A stretch of 64,000 nucleotides of DNA from Armatimonadota bacterium. Lineage in GTDB: Bacteria > Armatimonadota > UBA5829 > DTLH01. Positions 19,387 to 28,809 of this stretch are shown in pieces. Position 1 is the first letter of the stretch. Each line of letters begins with the position of its first letter. Both the position numbers and the translations under genes were made by a program. Under the pieces are notes generated by a model. That model did not search any database. It was not told the origin of the DNA and was given only the letters and a program-made list of their open reading frames with translations. Location of the stretch: positions 64,001 through 128,000 of the forward strand of contig JBBRAE010000003.1 of NCBI GenBank assembly GCA_038207085.1. Direction: 5' to 3'.

Positions 19387-20132
19387 TTTTTCCTCGCTAC
19401 AAAGAATACCCGGTCACTTCTGCGGGTTGGCTGCTTGAATTTATACGCATGAAACCGCTCAACTGTTTCGAACCCGGCGTCCCAGAGCATCCCGTCGAGT
19501 TCGGCAAGTGTGTAGCCCTTCTGCACGTGCGTCTCGTGGAACTGCCGACGCTCACCGTCATCTTCGACTTCAAAGACCATCTTTACAGTGCAGATACGGG
19601 TCGCGTGGTCGTAGCTCGATGTCCAGACGTATTTGGGGTAGCTCGCGAGGTTGGTCTGGTTGAAAAAACCGTGCGCAAGGGCGTATTCGGTGTTCACATC
19701 GAAGATGAATAGCCCGCCCTGTTTTACGTGCTCCCCCACTCTCTTGACGGCGCGCCTCAGTTGATCCTCGTCGGTGATGTAGTTCAGGCTGTCAAAAAGG
19801 CTTATCGCGAGGTCGAACTGGCGGCCGAGGTCCATTTCGGCGGCGTCGGAGACGTGGTATTCCACGTCGCTTTCGGTGCAAAGCGCCTTCTTTTTCGCGA
19901 CCTCGATCATGTCCGGCGCGATGTCGACCCCGGTGACATCAAAGCCACGCGCCGCGAGAATCTCGGACACGCTCCCCGTCCCGCAGGCGACATCAAGCAC
20001 AGTCCTCGGGGCATAATCAAGCCGACGCAGGATCTCATCGATGTAATTGGTCCAAAGCAGGTAAGGGACACCAGCCATCAGGGCATCGTAGTACGCTGCA
20101 ACATTCGTGAATTGCTCGGGTTGTTCACTCAT
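19383..20132 (-). CDS. Class I SAM-dependent methyltransferase
   Basis: VLDVACGTG, GVDIAPDM, FDSLNY, GGLFIFD. Confidence 0.92.
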   Translation of the reverse strand: MSEQPEQFTNVAAYYDALMAGVPYLLWTNYIDEILRRLDYAPRTVLDVACGTGSVSEILAARGFDVTGVDIAPDMIEVAKKKALCTESDVEYHVSDAAEMDLGRQFDLAISLFDSLNYITDEDQLRRAVKRVGEHVKQGGLFIFDVNTEYALAHGFFNQTNLASYPKYVWTSSYDHATRICTVKMVFEVEDDGERRQFHETHVQKGYTLAELDGMLWDAGFETVERFHAYKFKQPTRRSDRVFFVARKK

Positions 20133-20176
20133 AACAATGTATTTTAGGACAGATGAGCGGAAATTGGAAGAGGGAG

Positions 20177-20514
20177 GGGAAATGCAAAATGCAAAATTGG
20201 GGGCTGTCGAGGGTTGGGAGATGGTGGTCGCTCACCCTTCGACGGGGCTCAGGGTGGCGGTTTCTCCTGTCGTACGTTGGCCCGGATTTGAAATCCGGGG
20301 CCTGTTGGCAAGAGAGGGATCTGTGATCCCGTTATTTCGACTGTGCCCAATCAACCGGCATCACAGATGCCTATTCGGGCCAGACGTCCCGGATTGCAAA
20401 TCCGGACGAACGATAGATGCAAATCCGGACGAACAAGATGGAAACCTATCTCTCGACAAGAGGTACGGCCAATCGCCCTCCACCAATCCCATCAATTTGC
20501 ATTTTGCACTGCCC
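20177..20514. repeat. Composite nested palindromic element
   Basis: Outer imperfect IRs at 20177-20199 and 20493-20514; inner inverted pairs of hairpins at 20270-20413. Confidence 0.7.
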
Positions 20515-22448
20515 TAATCAAGCGAATTCTTCGCCATCGCGAGTCCTCGTCGGGCTACGTCGTTGTCGGGGTGGCACACTAGCACGCTGTTCCACTCTTT
20601 GGCAGCCTCTCGGGATCGGCCCTGGCAGATGTAGGCGACGGCCAGGCCGTTTCGGGCGCGGGCGAGGGTTGGGTCTATCGAAAGCGCCTTTTTGAAGTTG
20701 CGCTCGGCGTCTGGGTACATTTTGGCTTTCAGTTCGGTATCACCAAGCGACAGGTGAGCGAAGCTATAGCGTTCGGGAATCTCGCGCTCGATTTCGCCGC
20801 CACGAAGGGGCATGCTGTAGATGTCACGAATAACGTATTGCTTCCAAAAGTCCTCGTTTACGCGGGCCAGCGCGGACAGATTGATCTTTTCGTCCTTTGG
20901 CACAAGACGGGTGACGAGCCCCCAGGGGACAAGCTGGTAGTCGCGGGTCAGGCGCTTCAGCATGGGATGGGTCTTTTCGTCGAGGCCCATGCACGTGATG
21001 AAGACCGGACGCTCTTTGCTGACTGCGTCGATCACGTCACAGAGGAACGTCTCATCGCGCACGGCTTTCCTGGTGTAGCGTTTGTTTGTCCACAGGAACT
21101 CGCGCATCGCGGGGCTCTGCCTGGTGCACTGCTCGTAGTAGTCCCGCCCTTCCCAAACGCTTGAAGTCTGGGGCCAGGCGCGGGTGATGTTGCGGTGCAG
21201 GACGATGATGTCCGGCCTCGCACCGCCGAGCATTCGCTCGTAGAGCATGGCGTTATAGGACGAGTCGCCGCAGGCGATGAACACGGCGTTTTGATCGATC
21301 GTGCGAAGCACGTTGTCGGCGTGGTCCATGATAAGGGTCGCGCCGCTTTTGTCCATTCGCGGGTATTCGTGGATGATCACCGACGCGACAAGCACCGGCA
21401 TAAGAGCTAAAGCGACTTTACGGAGAACAGGCCACCTGGCCTCGGAAAGCACGTAGTCGAAGCCAACTGCAAGCATCACAGAGAGCGCAAGCATCGTCGG
21501 CACGTAGTAGGCTTCGATGTCGTTGATCGCGTAGTTGATGTTGTAGATCACGTTTGGGATGATCATCAAAAGCAGCGCGCCGAGCAGATACGGCTGCCTT
21601 CGGCGAATGACAACACCGCCGATTGGGAGCACCCAAGCGGCGAAAATGGGGAATTCGAGTATCAGAAGGCGCAAGAATCGCAGGAAGTTGTCCTGCACCT
21701 CGTACGCGGGCGAGTGGAACATCAGCATCCGAAACGCGCGCCCGGTGACGTGCGAGACAAACCCCGCGGACTTGTAGATCCCGCCCCAGATCGTCCCCTC
21801 GCTCGCCTGTGCACGAAGCGGCAGGTAGGCGTAGAGACAGAGAGGCAGGACAATGAGCAGGGCGCATCGGCCCAGGAACTTCAGATCACGGATGATGCCC
21901 GGTTCGCGCCGTAGGATCCCGTAGAGCAGGCCCGGCAGCAGCATCGCCGAAGATAGGTGATTCGTCATCGCCAGCCCGGCAGTAAGGGCAAGCAAAGAGA
22001 GCAGCTTTCGGCCGCCGAGCCTGCGCCATCTAAGAAATAGAAACAGCTCGGTTGTGAGAAACAGGGCGCTTAACGAATGGACTTCGGTGCTCGTCGCCAC
22101 GTCCCAAAAGAGCGGGGTTACGGCAAAGAGCAGTGCAGCAAAAATGGCGGTCCAGCGCTTCGCGACCTCGGAGATCCCGAGGAAAAGCATCGATATCGCC
22201 GCCGCTGAGACGATCGCGTTCTGGGCGTTCATTCGCCACGCGACGCTCCCGAGCGGGACGAGAAGCGACCCGAGCTTCCAGAGAAGACAGAACAGCGGAT
22301 ACCCGGTTGGGTGCGCGAGGTGCAGCTTCTCGGCTGCGATCATCAGTTCTCCGCAGTCCATAGTGTAGACGGTCGGGCACATAGTCGCGATGTAGAGCGC
22401 GGCAACGGCAACGAACATCAGGACGGCGATTACTTTTCGGCTAGGCAT
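20514..22448 (-). CDS. DUF2723 (TMEM260-like GT-C) membrane protein with C-terminal TPR
   Basis: PTVYTMDCGEL..LAHPTGYPLF, TEVHSL, GLAMTNH, YAYLPLRA; TPR-like tail. Confidence 0.85.
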   Translation of the reverse strand: MPSRKVIAVLMFVAVAALYIATMCPTVYTMDCGELMIAAEKLHLAHPTGYPLFCLLWKLGSLLVPLGSVAWRMNAQNAIVSAAAISMLFLGISEVAKRWTAIFAALLFAVTPLFWDVATSTEVHSLSALFLTTELFLFLRWRRLGGRKLLSLLALTAGLAMTNHLSSAMLLPGLLYGILRREPGIIRDLKFLGRCALLIVLPLCLYAYLPLRAQASEGTIWGGIYKSAGFVSHVTGRAFRMLMFHSPAYEVQDNFLRFLRLLILEFPIFAAWVLPIGGVVIRRRQPYLLGALLLMIIPNVIYNINYAINDIEAYYVPTMLALSVMLAVGFDYVLSEARWPVLRKVALALMPVLVASVIIHEYPRMDKSGATLIMDHADNVLRTIDQNAVFIACGDSSYNAMLYERMLGGARPDIIVLHRNITRAWPQTSSVWEGRDYYEQCTRQSPAMREFLWTNKRYTRKAVRDETFLCDVIDAVSKERPVFITCMGLDEKTHPMLKRLTRDYQLVPWGLVTRLVPKDEKINLSALARVNEDFWKQYVIRDIYSMPLRGGEIEREIPERYSFAHLSLGDTELKAKMYPDAERNFKKALSIDPTLARARNGLAVAYICQGRSREAAKEWNSVLVCHPDNDVARRGLAMAKNSLD

Positions 22449-22553
22449 TGAGTTGTCCTCTCGAATTGAAATTCCATCCTAGATTATCGGCGGAATGCGG
22501 CTGTTTTCCCAGGTAATAATGCGGGCATCTGACCCGTCTAAGGTATTTGGCAG

Positions 22554-22641
22554 GCTAACCCGCATTATTCACGAGAATCGCGAATAATGCTCTCTTAGCA
22601 AGAGCTTTATTCGTGAAGCGAATAAAGCGGGCTAACAGCTA
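22554..22641 (+). repeat. Family B double-hairpin element, copy 2
   Basis: gctaacccgcattattcacg..cgcgaataatgc..gctttattcg..cgaataaagcgggctaacagcta. Confidence 0.85.
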
Positions 22642-22707
22642 TTTGCTAACGGGAAAAAGCTCTCCCGTGCTATAATTGATATGGACTGAGCATTAGAAAG
22701 GCGAATT

Positions 22708-24369
22708 TTGGTCGCAAAATTACTCATCGCAGGAGCGATTGTATTGACACTTTTTTCTATGCCGGCGCTTGCCGGAAAGTATTCTAACGCGGTGGCCGCC
22801 GCGGGCAGTTTGCAGGGAAGGGTCCTCTGGTGTGATGCTGAGGCGAACTTGTTTGCGCTCGACTCGCGCGAGAAGGTCGTGGGGCTTGTGCAGAACTGCA
22901 GGGACGCCAGGATCACGACGCTTGTCGTCGATGTGAAACCGCTCTGCGGGCTCGTGCTCTATAACAGCAAAATCGCGCCAAAGCTTAGGGAATGGAAGGG
23001 CAAACCCTACCCTGCCGACTATGACCTGCTCACCACTATGGTCGAAGAGGGCAAAAAGGCCGGGATCGAAGTCTACGCGGCGATCAACGTCTTTTCCGAA
23101 GGGCAGCTCGATGTCCCCGGCGGACCTGCATACGCGCACCCGGACTGGCAGTGCGTCAAATATGAGGTCGACCGCTGGGCGCACGGCGTCACGGCTGATA
23201 CCTACCCGATCGACGGCGCGAACACCAAAGCCAAACCAGGCAAGATCATACTTGTCACCAAACCTGATTCGCTGCCAAAGGTCACCCCATATGATGCGCT
23301 CGCGGTCGCCGTCGACTCGACAAACAAGGTGACAGCGGTCGCCGAAGGGATTGCGGCAAGTGGGATTACACTCCCGCAGGGAGGATACGCGCTCATCGCA
23401 AGCGGACCCGCAGGTGACTGGCTGAGAAAGAACGCGGGGGTTGGCTCGCCGATGACTGTTGAGGGTAAGCCTCTGTTCATCCCGGTCGGAAGGTCTGCCG
23501 ATATGCACCTTGCGGTCTTTGTAAACCCCACAAACCCAGAGGTGCGCGACTATGAGATGTCGATCGTAAGAGAGATTATTTCAAACTACGATGTCGCCGG
23601 TATAGTGTTTGACCGAATGCGCTACCCGGGCATGTATGCGGACTTCGGCGAGCTTACACGAGCTAAATTTGAGGCGTGGGCAGGCGAGAAGATCGAGCGC
23701 TTCCCTGAGGACGTGATGACGCTTAGCCCAATGCCTGATGGAAGCTTCACCCAGGGAAAGCACTTCCCTAAGTGGATGGAGTTTCGGGCCAAACAGATAC
23801 ATGACTTTGTTGATGACGCGAGAAAGCTCGTAAGAACGGTCAAACCGGACGCGAAAGTCGCGGCGTATGTTGGATCGTGGTATAACTCCTACTTCGACGT
23901 TGGGGTCAACTGGGCGAGCCCATCGCACAAGCCGCCATACCGGTGGGCGTTGCCGAGCTACCAATCGACCGGCTACGCTGACCTGATGGACTGGCTCTGC
24001 ACCGGATGCTACTACGAATATGCGACCCGCGAGGAAGCGCAAGCGGCGGGAGCAAGTGAGGGGGCATCGGTCGAGGCGGCAGGGCAGGAGTCGAGCCAGG
24101 TAATATCGGACGACACCTGGGTCTACGCAAGCCTTTACGTGCTTCAGTATAAAGGGCAGCCGGAGGCGTTCAAGAGGGCAATTGAGGCCTGTAACTCGTC
24201 AACCCAGGGGGTTATGCTCTTTGACCTCTGCTACATCAGGGATTACAACTGGTGGGACCTCCTCAAGCAGACGTTTGGCGATACCACCAAGGCCCCGCAC
24301 CAGATACCGGGGCTCTCTGGCAAGGTCAAAGACATCAAGCATACTATCGAGGAAAGCTGCAGACTTTGA
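22708..24369 (+). CDS. GHL10 (DUF187/YngK-like) putative glycoside hydrolase
   Basis: VVDVKP..G.VLY.S, YDLL...VEEG, FVNPTNPEVR, YDVAGIVFDRMRY; extended -10 TGcTATAAT at 22668-22676. Confidence 0.85.
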   Translation: MVAKLLIAGAIVLTLFSMPALAGKYSNAVAAAGSLQGRVLWCDAEANLFALDSREKVVGLVQNCRDARITTLVVDVKPLCGLVLYNSKIAPKLREWKGKPYPADYDLLTTMVEEGKKAGIEVYAAINVFSEGQLDVPGGPAYAHPDWQCVKYEVDRWAHGVTADTYPIDGANTKAKPGKIILVTKPDSLPKVTPYDALAVAVDSTNKVTAVAEGIAASGITLPQGGYALIASGPAGDWLRKNAGVGSPMTVEGKPLFIPVGRSADMHLAVFVNPTNPEVRDYEMSIVREIISNYDVAGIVFDRMRYPGMYADFGELTRAKFEAWAGEKIERFPEDVMTLSPMPDGSFTQGKHFPKWMEFRAKQIHDFVDDARKLVRTVKPDAKVAAYVGSWYNSYFDVGVNWASPSHKPPYRWALPSYQSTGYADLMDWLCTGCYYEYATREEAQAAGASEGASVEAAGQESSQVISDDTWVYASLYVLQYKGQPEAFKRAIEACNSSTQGVMLFDLCYIRDYNWWDLLKQTFGDTTKAPHQIPGLSGKVKDIKHTIEESCRL

Positions 24370-25730
24370 TGCGTCAAGTAATAGCGGCGGTCGCGATTGT
24401 TCTCTCTCTTGCGACCGCCGCACTGTGTACCACTGTTCAAGATTCTCGTGAAATCTTTCGCCTCAGAGTGGAGAACTCAGCGGGCGGGCGCGTGCAGGTG
24501 TCCATTGACTCAGGTGTCACCTACAAGACCGTCGGCGCGGTCAGTCGCCCAGCGAGTAGAACTATGAAGGGGTTTGCGGCGTCTTCTTATACACCGAACA
24601 GAACAGTCGCGGCAACTGCGGTGCATGGGATCAGGGTCAAGACCTGCACCCGAAACGGCGACCCGATGACCATAAGCCTTGTCTCATCGGAGTTTGTGAC
24701 GATCCCCGAAGGTTACGGCGGCTACATTGCCTACGACTCCGGGATATACACCGACATCCCCACCGGCACGAGCATATTTAGAAACTTTGCACCGTTTGTC
24801 GGAAACCCGGCACGGCTTGAGGTCGGCGGCAAACTCGTAGATTTCCCACAGAACTGGCAGCCGAAGTCGGGCGATGTGATCGTTATCACGGCGATGCTCC
24901 CCAAGCCCTATCTCAAGCAAGTGATCTTTGAGAACCATGTCGGTGGGGCGATAACGGCGACCTACGACGACGGCACGGAGAAAGCGATCGGCAAGGTTTT
25001 GACCAGGCTCGAAGGGGTCGGCAGGTTCGATGCGACTAGCTACACAGGCGAGGGGCTGATCAACACGAACCACGGCGGGGTTATCACGGTGTCGACTGCG
25101 GCGATCGCTGAGACGAATCTGCTTGAAGGGGCCGGTTACGAGCGGCGTGGCGGGTTCCAAATACAGCCCTCCGAGCATTTCAAGACACAGATTCCGATGC
25201 CTCAGACTATGGCGGTCGCGCCGATTATGGGAGAACACCACTTCGAAGGCTGGACACCGCTCTTTTCGGGCTACATCGGGCTTGCTTTTGACCCGAAGAA
25301 CCCAGACAACTCGATGCGAGCGGAGATGGGGTTTGCCGACGGCTCATGGCAGCCGATGCCCGACGTCCTCGGCAAAGAAGACGACATCTTCCGCCGCCTG
25401 CGGGTCACGCGAATCCGTCTGCTTTTCCCTCGCTACAGTGCCGAACGGCTCGCGGAAAGCCTGGAAAACGCCGCCGCCCGGCCACGCGGCAGGACGGTCA
25501 AGGGCTTTGTGAAGTTGCAACCCGGCACATCGGTCGACGCCGGAGCGATGGTGCTGTTCATTATCGACGGACAGGTCAAAGGGATCACCAATCAATCGCC
25601 CTACAGGCTGGTGTGGAACACGAGCGATGTGTCAAACGGCCAGCACGAGGTCGAGATCAGGATCAACGACAGCTTCGGGACGACTATACGCTCGGAAAAA
25701 CGGCGAATTGTCGTTTGGAACCCGAACTAA
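24369..25730 (+). CDS. Secreted hypothetical protein with internal duplication and C-terminal Ig-like domain
   Basis: TGATG coupling to the upstream gene; signal peptide; PYRLVWNTSDVSNGQHEVEI Ig-like motif. Confidence 0.8.
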   Translation: MRQVIAAVAIVLSLATAALCTTVQDSREIFRLRVENSAGGRVQVSIDSGVTYKTVGAVSRPASRTMKGFAASSYTPNRTVAATAVHGIRVKTCTRNGDPMTISLVSSEFVTIPEGYGGYIAYDSGIYTDIPTGTSIFRNFAPFVGNPARLEVGGKLVDFPQNWQPKSGDVIVITAMLPKPYLKQVIFENHVGGAITATYDDGTEKAIGKVLTRLEGVGRFDATSYTGEGLINTNHGGVITVSTAAIAETNLLEGAGYERRGGFQIQPSEHFKTQIPMPQTMAVAPIMGEHHFEGWTPLFSGYIGLAFDPKNPDNSMRAEMGFADGSWQPMPDVLGKEDDIFRRLRVTRIRLLFPRYSAERLAESLENAAARPRGRTVKGFVKLQPGTSVDAGAMVLFIIDGQVKGITNQSPYRLVWNTSDVSNGQHEVEIRINDSFGTTIRSEKRRIVVWNPN

Positions 25731-25849
25731 TAGTCTCACCTCGGAGTGATACGAAGTATTCTGTCGTCACCCGAGCGCAGTGCGTGGCGCTGATGTGCGC
25801 TCCTGGCAACCGGCAATCGATATCGCCAAGAGCGCAACAATCGCCGAGA

Positions 25850-26158
25850 TCAGGAGCCGAAGAGCGTCAGAACAAATACGAGCTCTTCGCTCGCCGAAAG
25901 CTGATGTTCCAAGCCGGATGGCATGAAGAACCAGTCCCCGGCCTTCACGTGATGCCAAGTCTCCCCGAGCTCGAAATCCGCTTCGCCCTGCAGTATCAAC
26001 ACCGCCGCGTCTCTTGTCGAAGTGTGCTTTGATAGCTTCTCACCCTTTGGAAGCATAAATATGTCAACCTCGCCGGACGGCTTCTCGACGATGGTCTTAC
26101 TCAGTATTCCCTGTTTGGGGAACTCAATCATCTCATACAGGTTCTTAATCTCGGACAT
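25850..26158 (-). CDS. Cupin-domain protein
   Basis: GEKLSKHTS..ILQGEA..GDWFFMPSGLEH; SD GGAGG; TTGAGT-18-TATAAT upstream. Confidence 0.9.
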   Translation of the reverse strand: MSEIKNLYEMIEFPKQGILSKTIVEKPSGEVDIFMLPKGEKLSKHTSTRDAAVLILQGEADFELGETWHHVKAGDWFFMPSGLEHQLSASEELVFVLTLFGS

Positions 26159-26255
26159 TGTAATTCATCCTCCACAATTATTGTTGAGATATTATACCCA
26201 GCAGGCAGGCATTCACTCAAAAAAGTGGGTATTATATTGTAGCTGTTTGCAATTA

Positions 26256-26304
26256 CCCCTCATCCCAGCCTTCTCCCTCAAGGGGAGAGGGTTAGGGTGA
26301 GGGG
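26256..26304. repeat. cccctcac...tctccc...gagggg palindromic repeat, copy 1
   Basis: Similar to 29841-29888. Confidence 0.75.
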
Positions 26305-26367
26305 TGTTACTCGTCTCTACTACATCAACTTGAACTCTGTGGCTCAGGAAAAGGATGACCGGCTCGG

Positions 26368-27630
26368 ATGATATTGCAGTATGTTAGAAACACGATGACC
26401 ACCGCTCGAAGCTCGGAGTTCCTTCGGTATCTTGGGCCGGGGTTTCTGGTTACGGTCGGGTTTATTGACCCAGGCAACTGGGCGACGAACATCGAGGGCG
26501 GGTCCAGGTTCGGCTACAGCCTGCTCTGGGTGATCGCGCTTTCTACGCTTATGCTGATTCTCTTGCAGAACATGTCGGCGAGGATCGGCATTGTCTCGGG
26601 GCAGTCGCTTGCGGTAAATATCAGACGGAATATGTCGCGTCCGGTTTCGGGGTTTCTTGGAGTCACGATATTCCTCGCATGCGCGGCGACAGACGTTGCG
26701 GAGTATCTGGGGGCGGCGCTCGGGTTTTACCTGCTCTTTGGGATACCGGTGATCATCGGCGCTATTCTCACGCTGGTGATCGTCGTGATCGCGATCCTTG
26801 CGCAGCGCTACGAGCACCTTGAGCGGATGATCGTGGTCTTTCTTGCAGGGATAGCTCTTGCCTATTTGATTGAGATGTTCATCGTGGGACCGGATATGGG
26901 GGCGACGGCGCTTGGGATGATCACCCCCAAAGTCAGCTCCGACAGCATCCTTGTGGCGATGGCTATGCTTGGCGCAGTAGTTATGCCACACAACATCTAC
27001 CTGCACTCAAACGTCATCCAAAGCCGGGAATGGAGCGGCGACCCGGAGCGGCGGCGCAAGCTTATGAAGTTCGAGCTTGCCGACACCACGCTTGCGATGC
27101 TGATGGGCTGGGCCGTAAACAGCGCGATGATCATCGTCGCCGCTGCTGTGTTCTTCAAGCACGGGGTGAAGGTCACTAGCATCGACCAGGCTTCAGAGAC
27201 GCTCCGACCACTTGCAGGTACGCTTGCAAGCGCGCTGTTTGGGTTCGCGCTGCTCCTCTCGGGGCTCGGCTCGTCGATCACGTCGTCGCTGTCTGAAGCA
27301 AACGTGGTGACGGGGTTTCTCGGCAAGCCGGAGGACCCGCACAGCTGGTTCTACAGAGTCGGGCTGATCGTGACCAGCATCCCGACGGTGATTGTCATAG
27401 CACTGAACACCGACACCTACCGGATGCTGATCTTGTCACAGGTGGTGCTCAGCATCCAGTTGCCGTTTACGGTGATCCCACTGCTCCTTATTGCCCGCAA
27501 CAGGCGCGTTATGGGCGAATACGCGAGCAAGGGAGTCGAGTGGGCGCTTGGTATCGTCGTCGCGGTGATAGTCATCGTCCTCAACATACTCTTGATCTAC
27601 CGGACTTTCGGTGGAAAGTTCAGCTTCTAA
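26368..27630 (+). CDS. mntH: Nramp family Mn2+ transporter
   Basis: GPGFLVTVGFIDPGNW, GAVVMPHNIYLHS, SQVVLSIQLP; exact start uncertain (26368 or 26394 region). Confidence 0.92.
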   Translation: MILQYVRNTMTTARSSEFLRYLGPGFLVTVGFIDPGNWATNIEGGSRFGYSLLWVIALSTLMLILLQNMSARIGIVSGQSLAVNIRRNMSRPVSGFLGVTIFLACAATDVAEYLGAALGFYLLFGIPVIIGAILTLVIVVIAILAQRYEHLERMIVVFLAGIALAYLIEMFIVGPDMGATALGMITPKVSSDSILVAMAMLGAVVMPHNIYLHSNVIQSREWSGDPERRRKLMKFELADTTLAMLMGWAVNSAMIIVAAAVFFKHGVKVTSIDQASETLRPLAGTLASALFGFALLLSGLGSSITSSLSEANVVTGFLGKPEDPHSWFYRVGLIVTSIPTVIVIALNTDTYRMLILSQVVLSIQLPFTVIPLLLIARNRRVMGEYASKGVEWALGIVVAVIVIVLNILLIYRTFGGKFSF

Positions 27631-27642
27631 AGGAGGCCGCAA

Positions 27643-28047
27643 GTGTATAACAAAATCCTGGTGGCGCTCGACGCTTCACCGGCTGACGGCGCGATAATCG
27701 AGCACATCTCAGAGCTTGCGCCGATCCACCACTCGCGTGTCATACTGATTAGGGTGGCCCACGCGCACACCCGCGACCAGATGACGCATGAGTCCGAAGA
27801 GTCCGAGGAGTATGTTAGCGATGTCGCCCGGCAGTTCGCTGAGCAGGGGATCGAGGCCGAGCAGGTGGTAGTCTATGGGGAACCCGCAGAGGAGATTATG
27901 AAGTTCGCGATAGCCCGAAACGTCGACCTTATCGCGATGTCAACCCACGGCCACCGGGGGATCTATGACCTCGTATTCGGAAGCGTCTCAGACGAAGTCC
28001 GCCACGGGGTCACGATCCCAGTGCTGCTTGTGCGCTCCAAGGCTTAG
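27643..28047 (+). CDS. Universal stress protein
   Basis: KILVALDAS, DLIAMSTHG, GSVSDEV; SD AGGAGG. Confidence 0.93.
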   Translation: MYNKILVALDASPADGAIIEHISELAPIHHSRVILIRVAHAHTRDQMTHESEESEEYVSDVARQFAEQGIEAEQVVVYGEPAEEIMKFAIARNVDLIAMSTHGHRGIYDLVFGSVSDEVRHGVTIPVLLVRSKA

Positions 28048-28083
28048 GCCAGCGGAGAGACTGCTCCCCGCCGGTCAAAAACG

Positions 28084-28809
28084 CTATATCTTTTTTTTCT
28101 TGTAGAGCTCTCTTGTCCGTGGGAGCTCGTCCATCCCGCCGGGGAGGTTTGCGCTCATGAAGACGGTGGGAGGGTTCCCCGCAGCCGCCATCTGGGCGCA
28201 CATCTCAGCGGTCATTGCCCAAAGGGTTGAGGCTGCGCTGATACCCGAGCTTGGGCAGACTTTGCGGTCCATGCCGGGAATCGCCATCAGGGCGTCGCCA
28301 GCGACCACGTGGGTGTCGAGCACAATGTCGGCGACCTCGAAAAGTCGCTTTTTTGTGGGATGCTCCGACTCGGCTAGACTTGCCTGCTGAACACCGGTGA
28401 GCGCGATCACGGTGACGCCCATAGCCTGGGCCTGGAGCGCGACCTCGACTGAGTCGAACGCTCTTCCCGAGACCGAACCGACAATCAAGACGTCGCCGGG
28501 GCGGATGCTGCTTCGCTTAAGGGCGAGAGCGACCACATCGGAGCCGGGTTTGGCTCTTAGCTGCCTGTCCTCGCGCAGGTTGAAGCTCTGCACGTTCATG
28601 TTGAAGCTGAAGGGAGTGAACCCGACGAGCCCACCGGCCCTATCGCTAAACTCCTTGGTGATCATATGCCCGGTGTCGTAGAGATGGATGACGCCCTGTG
28701 AGGCAAGCGAGCTTGCACAGGCAGTCGCCGCTTTGGCGATGCTCCCGGACTCCTCGCGGCGAATCTCTTCAATCTGCGCAATCAGCGCGTCGAAATACGA
28801 ATCGATCAT
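28084..28809 (-). CDS. SIS-domain sugar isomerase-like protein
   Basis: DTGHM, RAGGL, GDVLIVGSVSGR, VIALT, PTVFMSAN. Confidence 0.85.
   Translation of the reverse strand: MIDSYFDALIAQIEEIRREESGSIAKAATACASSLASQGVIHLYDTGHMITKEFSDRAGGLVGFTPFSFNMNVQSFNLREDRQLRAKPGSDVVALALKRSSIRPGDVLIVGSVSGRAFDSVEVALQAQAMGVTVIALTGVQQASLAESEHPTKKRLFEVADIVLDTHVVAGDALMAIPGMDRKVCPSSGISAASTLWAMTAEMCAQMAAAGNPPTVFMSANLPGGMDELPRTRELYKKKKI

Noticed and set aside
26278..26367. yybP-ykoY Mn riboswitch upstream of mntH
   Set aside because: aaggggaga is part of a palindromic repeat, and other conserved riboswitch elements were not found.
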